From a bacterium (GTDB lineage Bacteria > Patescibacteriota > Saccharimonadia > Saccharimonadales > JACDBH01): 52,649 bases of DNA. The translations under genes and the position numbers were made by a program. The DNA lies in assembly GCA_029557395.1 (NCBI GenBank), contig JAKQIK010000045.1, positions 1 through 52,649 on the forward strand, read 5' to 3'. This document shows, one piece after another, positions 26,787 through 33,654 of the stretch. The number at the start of each line of letters is the position of its first letter. Positions within the stretch are counted from its first letter, which is position 1. The notes beneath the pieces are model-generated. The model was not told where the DNA came from. It did not search any database and saw nothing but the letters and a program-made list of their open reading frames with translations.

Positions 26787-27872
26787 CGTAATGACTCAAT
26801 ACCTTTGCAACATAGCCCTGGTTGGCGTTAGCCAACCAAAATGTGGCTGTTCTACACTGTAAGAGTACAAAATCTAAACAGGAGAACAGCCACATGAGCT
26901 ATTCTAACAACCCTTTACTACCAAAAGCGAGAGCCGAAGCGGTACGCCTCGTGGTCGAGCGTAACATACCCCCAGCAGTTGCCGCTCGCAAGAGCGGTAT
27001 CCACCGCACCACGCTGTGGCGCTGGCTACGGAAGTGGCATACACTCAACCAGAATGTCCAGCTCACCAACGACAACCGTCCAGGGCGGAACAATGCTGTC
27101 ACGGGTGTGAGTAGCTTCCGCTTGAGTGCCTGTGTCTGGAATATACCAACCAGGAGTAGCCGTCCCCGCTTCTTTGGGCGAGCAGTCTCAGTAGCGGTCG
27201 TAGACCGCATTCGGTACTACCGAAACAGGTACCAGCGTTGTGCGACCATTGTCCACGCCTACTGCCAGCGGGAGGGTACCGTCGTGTCCCTCAGCACGGT
27301 ACGACGGGTGCTGTACCGACTGGGGCTAGTGGTTCGCAAGAAGTGGCAACGCAAGTGGCGACCGCCACTGCCACGACCAGATGCAACCAAACCAGGTGAC
27401 CTGGTGCAGACCGACACCGTCCATCTGTACGACCACCGCACCAAACAACGGACATATTTGTACACTCTTGTTGACGTCTACAGCAGATGGGCGTACGCCG
27501 AGCACCACACCAGGCTGGGGCAAGACATTGCGGCGGATGTTATCCGCCGCAGCCAGGCCCATGCAGGGTTTCACTTTACGACCGTCCAAGCAGACAACGG
27601 CCCAGAGTTTGGCAGACACTTCGAGGAGTTGTTACAGGCACAGGGGGCAGTAGTACGTCACAGTAGGGTCAGGCGCCCCAATGACAATGCCCACATTGAA
27701 AGGTTTAACCGGACAGTCCAGGAAGAATGCACGGGCAGTAGCTGCCCGGTCGCTACCAATTTACAAGGCAAGGTACTAGCGTACCTTGCCTACTACAACC
27801 AAGAGCGGTTACACTTGAGTTTGCAGTGCAGAACACCGCTTGAGATGTTGCAAAGGTGTTGAACTAATTACG
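26787..27872 (+). mobile_element. intact IS481-family insertion sequence (1086 bp)
   Basis: Imperfect terminal inverted repeats: CGTAATGACTCAATACCTTTGCAAC (26787-26811) vs the reverse complement of GTTGCAAAGGTGTTGAACTAATTACG (27847-27872). 6-bp direct target duplication CCCCCT (26781-26786 and 27873-27878). Single DDE transposase ORF. Visibly much more GC-rich than its surroundings. Confidence 0.85.
26894..27862 (+). CDS. IS481-family DDE transposase (rve integrase core)
   Basis: N-terminal HTH (SGIHRTTLWRWLRKW) and DDE core (VQTDT..., VQADNGPEF, NDNAHIERFNRTVQEE). AGGAG Shine-Dalgarno 9 nt before ATG 26894. The stop lies inside the right inverted repeat. Confidence 0.88.
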   Translation: MSYSNNPLLPKARAEAVRLVVERNIPPAVAARKSGIHRTTLWRWLRKWHTLNQNVQLTNDNRPGRNNAVTGVSSFRLSACVWNIPTRSSRPRFFGRAVSVAVVDRIRYYRNRYQRCATIVHAYCQREGTVVSLSTVRRVLYRLGLVVRKKWQRKWRPPLPRPDATKPGDLVQTDTVHLYDHRTKQRTYLYTLVDVYSRWAYAEHHTRLGQDIAADVIRRSQAHAGFHFTTVQADNGPEFGRHFEELLQAQGAVVRHSRVRRPNDNAHIERFNRTVQEECTGSSCPVATNLQGKVLAYLAYYNQERLHLSLQCRTPLEMLQRC

Positions 27873-27950
27873 CCCCCTTCTGTTTAATAGCCGCTCTAGC
27901 TCTATTGAGGGGTCATTATAAAAAGACAAAACAATAAAGGAGGACCTGCT

Positions 27951-29528
27951 ATGAAGGTAGCAATATACTTACGAGTTTCAACACTCGACCAAGCAACAAA
28001 AAACAATCAGCGAGAAGGTTATTCTATCCCTGCCCAACGTGAAGCGTGCAGAAGAAAAGCTAAAGAGCTGGGTGCTACTCGCATAAGGGAGTATGCAGAT
28101 CGTGGCGAGTCAGCTCGTTCAGCATCCAGACCGGAACTACAGCGGTTATTACACGACTTATGTGATAAGAAACAAAATATCCAATGCGTTATCGTCCACA
28201 AAATAGACCGATTAGCTCGTAATCTTCACGATGATGTAATGATAGGCTTAGCTATTAAAAAGGCTGGGGCGACGCTTATCTCCGTAACCGAGAATATAGA
28301 CGAAACACCATCCGGTAGGTTGCTGCACGGCATAATGGCAACTATTGCTGAATTCTATAGCAGAAACTTAGCAGCTGAGGCGTTGAAAGGAGCAACAGAA
28401 AAAGCCAAGCGAGGAGGTACGCCCTTCCAAGCACCAATCGGGTACATAAATGTGACGGAGCGTGTTAACAGGCGCGAGGTTCATACGGTTGCCCTAGATC
28501 AATCAAGAGCGCCACTTATACGCTGGGCTTTCGAATGCTACGCAACGGGTGACTACAGTGAGTTAGAGTTATTAGACCAATTATCTAAACGTGGCTTGCG
28601 TACCAGGCTTCGTTCTCGGTCAAAGGTAGAGCCGATAAGCCACGGTGGTCTCAATAAACTTTTACAAAACCGCTACTACCTTGGCTATGTAACGTATTGC
28701 GGAATTGAGTACAAAGGAAATCATCAACCGCTAGTAACGCCCGCTGTATTTGCCGCCAGTCAAGCTATCCGTGAAAGTCGATATCGTTTGAGCCGAAAAA
28801 ATCGCAGCCACAACCACTACCTATCCAGGCTGTTGCTGTGCAGCCGGTGTAATAGGCACTTATGTTATATGGTCAGTAAACATAAGTATGAATACTATTC
28901 GTGTTTAAACCGTAAAAATCAACAGTGCAACCAGCCATACATACCGGCTCAGAAGATAGAACAAGAAGTTATCAACCAGCTTAAACTCCTAAACCTATCT
29001 GCTTCAGATCGCCAAAAGTTATCCGAGCAAATTGAAAACGAGCTTGGCAGTGAGAGAGCCTACGCTGAAACTGATACCAAAGCTCAAACTCAGCGAGTAT
29101 TGCGGCTTCAGGCAGAGAAGGAAAATTTACTCCAAACGTACTATGACAAAGTCATCTCTGCGGACCTATTCAAGAGTGAGCAGAAACGTATTGATAAAGA
29201 AATACGCCAAGCTCAGGGAGTGACTATAGAGGCAACAAGGCGATTAAAGATTATTGATGGACGTCAGGCTCGTGCTTTAAAAATGGTCAAAGAATTAGAT
29301 TTTTCCAAGGCTTATATCAATGCAGATCCAGCCATACGACGCCATTTTTGTAAGGCTCTGTTTGATAAGTTAGCTGTTAACGATGAGGTGATAATTCAAC
29401 GAAACGCTTATAGATATCCCCGCGAACATCACGTTACAATCACAAAAGTAATGTGGCAAAACCCTATAAACATCCATCATCTTACCAACGCCATACTAGC
29501 CATATCCCTAAAAAAGCGTAGTTCTTAA
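27951..29528 (+). CDS. large serine recombinase (SR1)
   Basis: Resolvase catalytic domain MKVAIYLRVSTLDQ, recombinase domain, Cys-rich zinc-ribbon region, and coiled coil. AAGGAGG Shine-Dalgarno. Confidence 0.88.
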   Translation: MKVAIYLRVSTLDQATKNNQREGYSIPAQREACRRKAKELGATRIREYADRGESARSASRPELQRLLHDLCDKKQNIQCVIVHKIDRLARNLHDDVMIGLAIKKAGATLISVTENIDETPSGRLLHGIMATIAEFYSRNLAAEALKGATEKAKRGGTPFQAPIGYINVTERVNRREVHTVALDQSRAPLIRWAFECYATGDYSELELLDQLSKRGLRTRLRSRSKVEPISHGGLNKLLQNRYYLGYVTYCGIEYKGNHQPLVTPAVFAASQAIRESRYRLSRKNRSHNHYLSRLLLCSRCNRHLCYMVSKHKYEYYSCLNRKNQQCNQPYIPAQKIEQEVINQLKLLNLSASDRQKLSEQIENELGSERAYAETDTKAQTQRVLRLQAEKENLLQTYYDKVISADLFKSEQKRIDKEIRQAQGVTIEATRRLKIIDGRQARALKMVKELDFSKAYINADPAIRRHFCKALFDKLAVNDEVIIQRNAYRYPREHHVTITKVMWQNPINIHHLTNAILAISLKKRSS

Positions 29529-29540
29529 CAAACCCAGAGG

Positions 29541-30887
29541 CTAGAGGGTTATGCTGTTGCATAGATTGAGGACTTTGGTATTGATGTCCTCACCTTCTAC
29601 TTTGTAGTCAGGTGTATTTTTATCTGCATCATTGACTACCCAATAATTACCAATCCCGAAATTATGTGTTGGCAACGAAAACACTGCATCTATTTTATTT
29701 TTTGTAAACATATTGACACTAACTCCTATAATTTCGCTGTGTTTACGCATTTCTTCGGTGATCCTGAAACACCTTTTAGCTACCCCGTCTTGATAGTACG
29801 TTAGCCCGAACGTTACCGGTAGACGCTTACGAACTTGATAGCGCCTGTCATCTTCGTAGCTTTCTACTAGCTTATCTACATAATCCTCGACTGAGCGGCG
29901 CGTTCTGTTGACCTTGTGTATGCCGTGCCTCCAACGAGACGGCATAGTCCAGTAAAGTTGCTCCTGGGCAAATTCAAAATCTTTGCGGCTAACTAACGCT
30001 TCGAAAGCATCCTCGCACCTAACCCACTCTTCTACGGGGTTTTTGCGTTGTCTTTGCTTTAGTCGACTCCAGGTTTTGTTATACAACTTAGTCCCCGTGT
30101 AGGTTTCATTACCCAGGACACGAACAACCTTTGACGCATCCCACTCCTTACCCGTGGCTGACACAACGGCATTTTCGTTTAATTGATTAGCGATGTCTTC
30201 GGGCGGAATGCCTCGCTTTACAAACATTGCGAAGATATCCTTTACTACTTGCTCTGAGCCATCATTCGCAGGCTCAAAAGTAACCCGTTGATTTGCTATA
30301 ACCTTGTGTTCGCCCTTTTTTAGTATGCCGACCCTCTTCTTATTTTCATCAAATAGCACGCGCACATACCCATAGGGCGCTGTACCACCAGCCGAAAATC
30401 CCTGCTCAGAAATTTTCATACTCCCGTGCCATACCTTATCGCTTAATTGCCTGCTATATTCAGCAGCCATATACCGACCGATTGATGTTTCAAGGCTAGA
30501 TAGCAATTTTTCCTCTTCCTTTGGGAAACCTCTGGAAATGTATATCACCTTTTTGTTTCTTTTCTTACACTGCATCTCCCAATAAGCAGCTTCGTCAGGG
30601 TCCTGAAAACGCCCCCACCTTGTAACATCTAAAACGAGTACATAGTCAAACTCCTGAGCATCTGGATTTAAGACCCAATCTTCAAACAGTCGTTCAAAAC
30701 CTGGACGTGCAGCTGATAAACCACTTTTACCTTCATCAGCCTCTTCGTGGATTATCTCAATGCCATACTTTGCCGCAAACCCATTAGCCTGGTCTCGCTG
30801 GATAGGCACAGAGTTTTCTTGCTTATCTTCTGCTGAGTGACGGTAATATGCCACCGCTTTCTTCTTTATACCCTCCGTGCCAAACAT
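29541..30887 (-). CDS. large serine recombinase (SR2)
   Basis: Resolvase-type N-terminus (AVAYYRHSAEDKQENSVPIQ) followed by a recombinase domain. Convergent with SR1, with stop codons 12 bp apart. Confidence 0.8.
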   Translation of the reverse strand: MFGTEGIKKKAVAYYRHSAEDKQENSVPIQRDQANGFAAKYGIEIIHEEADEGKSGLSAARPGFERLFEDWVLNPDAQEFDYVLVLDVTRWGRFQDPDEAAYWEMQCKKRNKKVIYISRGFPKEEEKLLSSLETSIGRYMAAEYSRQLSDKVWHGSMKISEQGFSAGGTAPYGYVRVLFDENKKRVGILKKGEHKVIANQRVTFEPANDGSEQVVKDIFAMFVKRGIPPEDIANQLNENAVVSATGKEWDASKVVRVLGNETYTGTKLYNKTWSRLKQRQRKNPVEEWVRCEDAFEALVSRKDFEFAQEQLYWTMPSRWRHGIHKVNRTRRSVEDYVDKLVESYEDDRRYQVRKRLPVTFGLTYYQDGVAKRCFRITEEMRKHSEIIGVSVNMFTKNKIDAVFSLPTHNFGIGNYWVVNDADKNTPDYKVEGEDINTKVLNLCNSITL

Positions 30888-30894
30888 TTTTTAC

Positions 30895-31764
30895 CTATAG
30901 CGCCTCATTTAGTAGTTTTTTAAGTTGATCAAGAAAAGCCTTCTCTTGCGAACTAAACGCAACACCTTCGGCTCTCTTCTGACTAATGCCCTTGATAAGT
31001 TGCTCAATGTGTAAAGAGAAACCTGATTGCAGGGTTCTCTGTTCAAGCTCGTGGACCGTCATATCAGGGTCTGCTAAGTATCGAGCCAGCTCCTCTTCAT
31101 TCGCCGTTGCCCGCAAGAATATACTGCCGAGCTTGCGTAGCTCCTTGGCATTTTTAATAACCTTATGCTGGATGCGATTAAAAAGGTTAATGATTATGTC
31201 GTCTACTTCCACATTACGGATTTTGCGTAGTTTCGGTTTAAGCCTTACAAATTCAATACGGTAACTTTCACTTAAATCGTAACGCTCCATTAATTCAATG
31301 TAATCCATTTTTTGTTTACGCAGTTGGAGCGAATTAGCAACAACTGCCTCTGTTATACCTAAGTGATCTGCAAGCTGACGGTTGCTTGAAAAGCCCATTT
31401 CAGCCTTAATCCTTTCTAAGGCTTCAGATCGCTCCATTGGCTTCCAGGAACGGCGATTGTTTTGGATTTCATACCTACGTGTTTCTAGTTCAGCATTTGA
31501 TAATTTGGGATACACCCGGCAAGGAACCTGCTCATATCCAAGCTTCTGAGCGCAAATATAACGCCTGTGACCGTCAATAATGATGTAACGACCATCTTCT
31601 AACTCACTAACTGAGATAGGGTTTTCTATGCCGTACTGCTCAATAGATAGCAATAACCTATTGGTGTCACCCTCTGTACCGAAATCACGACGGGGCTGAT
31701 TTACATCTCTTTGAATTTTACCGACTGGAATTTCAACAAAGGTATAACCGTACTTGTGGACCAT
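30895..31764 (-). CDS. ParB/Srx-like N-terminal domain protein with HTH
   Basis: IIIDGHRRYICAQKLG (ParB GxRR box-like) and HTH SNRQLADHLGITEAVV. Lies directly upstream of SR2 on the same strand. Confidence 0.7.
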   Translation of the reverse strand: MVHKYGYTFVEIPVGKIQRDVNQPRRDFGTEGDTNRLLLSIEQYGIENPISVSELEDGRYIIIDGHRRYICAQKLGYEQVPCRVYPKLSNAELETRRYEIQNNRRSWKPMERSEALERIKAEMGFSSNRQLADHLGITEAVVANSLQLRKQKMDYIELMERYDLSESYRIEFVRLKPKLRKIRNVEVDDIIINLFNRIQHKVIKNAKELRKLGSIFLRATANEEELARYLADPDMTVHELEQRTLQSGFSLHIEQLIKGISQKRAEGVAFSSQEKAFLDQLKKLLNEAL

Positions 31765-31948
31765 TTAATAATCACCTTTCTCCCACCTTTGCCGTTTTCT
31801 CCGTGAAAAGACAAAATATACTCGTCCTAAGATACCATAGGTGTTTGCAATTAGTCAAAGTTCATTGTAAAGTAAGCTAAAGCAGTTTGGTTTTAAGTAG
31901 TACGAGTGCAGTTACTTACCCAAGTAAAAAATGTGTATGATAAGTAGA

Positions 31949-32920
31949 TTATGGCTCGTTAATACTTTGAATAATCCAATCAAAGCGTCGGATTTGCTTT
32001 ATCGATTGGTGATGAACCATCAATGCCTTATAGCTTGCTACGTTACGCACATTTAAGTTTCGTTTCATTTTATTCTGTGCGTCCTTATCAAGTCTTCGTC
32101 CTGACGACCAAAGATCAACACCCAGATACGACACCCCTTTACGCACAGGATTTATGAGGTTTACATTAGGATTAACATCCAAATTAAGTTCGTACGTCAG
32201 AAAGTCTTCTGCCTTTTTACGTGCATTTTCTAGTTTTACCTTATCATCCATAAAGCATAACCAATCGTCACCATAACGAAGGTACGCATTCGGCTTTATT
32301 CTGTGCGTGATATAACGATCAAATTCGTTTAGGTAGATGTTTGCTAGGATTTGACTAGTGAGATTGCCGATTGGGATACCTCTGTTATTATCAAAGCTAC
32401 GATAACTTTCTATAGTCTCGCTCAATAGCCACAAGGCTGTCGGGTCACTTACCCGTCGTCTCAGTAATCGTAACAGCGTACTCTTATCAACTGAGTCAAA
32501 TAACTTTGTTACGTCCCCGCGCCAAAGCCACCCGTCTTTATATTGCCGCATAAATTTTTGCGCTCTATCTATTGCACCGTGCAAACCTTTATTCTGCCTG
32601 CACGACCAGGCATCATAAATGAACGTTTTATCCCAGATTGTAACTAAATAATCGTAAAGCAATCGATGCACAACTCTATCGCGAACAGACGCCACAGCAA
32701 TGTCTCGTCGCTTGTTGTCATTAACGATCATATGTGAATAAGGACCGTGTTTGTAAGTGCCAGTTTGGAGTTCAGTAGCCAATTTGAGGATATTATCAAG
32801 TAACTCGTATTCGAACTCTGTAGTAGCACGACTTGGTTTTTTGCCCCTACGAAAAGCTACATACGAACGCCATACGTTTGCTAAACTGATATCTATGGAA
32901 GAATTACCCGTCATCACCAT
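31949..32920 (-). CDS. diversity-generating retroelement reverse transcriptase
   Basis: 323 aa. RT motifs RDRVVHRLL, IPIGNLTSQ (the DGR-specific [I/L]GxxxSQ signature) and YLRYGDDW (YxDD). No maturase or endonuclease domains. Confidence 0.93.
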   Translation of the reverse strand: MVMTGNSSIDISLANVWRSYVAFRRGKKPSRATTEFEYELLDNILKLATELQTGTYKHGPYSHMIVNDNKRRDIAVASVRDRVVHRLLYDYLVTIWDKTFIYDAWSCRQNKGLHGAIDRAQKFMRQYKDGWLWRGDVTKLFDSVDKSTLLRLLRRRVSDPTALWLLSETIESYRSFDNNRGIPIGNLTSQILANIYLNEFDRYITHRIKPNAYLRYGDDWLCFMDDKVKLENARKKAEDFLTYELNLDVNPNVNLINPVRKGVSYLGVDLWSSGRRLDKDAQNKMKRNLNVRNVASYKALMVHHQSIKQIRRFDWIIQSINEP

Positions 32921-33233
32921 TGCCTTTGAAATTTACAAAAAATTACTGGAATTAAACACCAAGTTGGACAAGAAGTACCGCTATTCGCTCGGTGAACAAG
33001 CAGCAAAGTGCTGGTCAGATACCCTAGAGCAGCTACTATTAGCAAAACACGCTCCAAAACCAATGAAAGCAAGCTACCTCCTTAGGGCAAATGCTCTTGC
33101 CGAGATGACTTCGTTGCATCTTAGAGCCATCCTTGAATTAAAGCTCACCAACGAAACGAACGTACTTAAAGTCCAAGCACGCCTGAGCGAAGCACGCCGA
33201 ATGATCGGCGGCTGGCTCAAAAGCGTGCATTAG
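32895..33233 (+). CDS. avd: Avd-like four-helix-bundle accessory protein (opposite strand to RT/TR)
   Basis: 112 aa, helical, and basic at the C-terminus (EARRMIGGWLKSVH); resembles Avd / 23S-IVS four-helix-bundle proteins. ATG 32895 was chosen because the upstream part of the ORF-track ORF overlaps the RT gene on the opposite strand. Confidence 0.7.
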   Translation: MEELPVITIAFEIYKKLLELNTKLDKKYRYSLGEQAAKCWSDTLEQLLLAKHAPKPMKASYLLRANALAEMTSLHLRAILELKLTNETNVLKVQARLSEARRMIGGWLKSVH

Positions 33234-33251
33234 ACCAACACTGATACACCA

Positions 33252-33358
33252 CACCGCGAGCCGAGCATCATTCTCATTCTCGGCATTCGAGTTGTTCAGG
33301 TTCGGCTTACCATCGTTGTTCACGTAGGAGTTCGGCACGTTCTGCCACCTGTCGACCG
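33252..33358 (-). repeat. DGR template repeat (TR), sense on the minus strand
   Basis: 107-bp gap-free match to 33661-33767, with 23 of 24 mismatches at TR adenines. In the VR frame it reads as the AAY-rich peptide VDRWQNVPNSYVNNDGKPNLNNSNAENENDARLAV. Confidence 0.93.
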
Positions 33359-33654
33359 TTAATTCTCCAAGATATCCTGTTCCTTATAATCCGCAGAAAA
33401 TAAGGACCTCTCTTCTTTCAGCATCATTTATGACGCTATCTTTGGAGATCCGTGGGGTGTAAAAGGTTCTTGATGTGCTTACTGCTACAAAAAGATCCGC
33501 TTTCGCTCGGAAAGTCTTTTCACGCTAGATGTAAGCAGCAATCCACTCGGGGCACCGATAGGTACTAGCCTTTGGACTACTTACCCCGAACCTATTGTTC
33601 GTAGGTAGTTAGATAAAAGAAAAAGAAGAAAAGAAAGGGCTAAAATTAAAGGTT

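Noticed and set aside
26899-27653. Several 68-103-aa ORFs on both strands inside the IS (26899-27210, 27259-27465, 27326-27619, 27381-27653)
   Set aside because: They overlap the transposase gene in alternative frames. Long spurious ORFs are expected in GC-rich DNA.
32757-32894. Upstream 46 codons of the ORF-track ORF 32757-33233
   Set aside because: This part lies antisense inside the RT coding sequence and shows no Avd-like sequence. The Avd-like protein starts at the internal ATG 32895.
31949-32920. RT as a group II intron or retron reverse transcriptase
   Set aside because: No maturase (X) or endonuclease domain, no intron RNA domain V/VI-like structures flanking the ORF, and no msr/msd-like inverted repeats. 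The IGNLTSQ motif and the TR/VR pair assign it to DGRs.
33138-33338. 66-aa minus-strand ORF (MPNSYVNNDGKPNLNNSNAENENDARLAV...)
   Set aside because: It is simply the DGR template repeat read in the VR frame (Asn/AAY-rich), running on into antisense avd. I interpret it as TR RNA template, not a protein gene.
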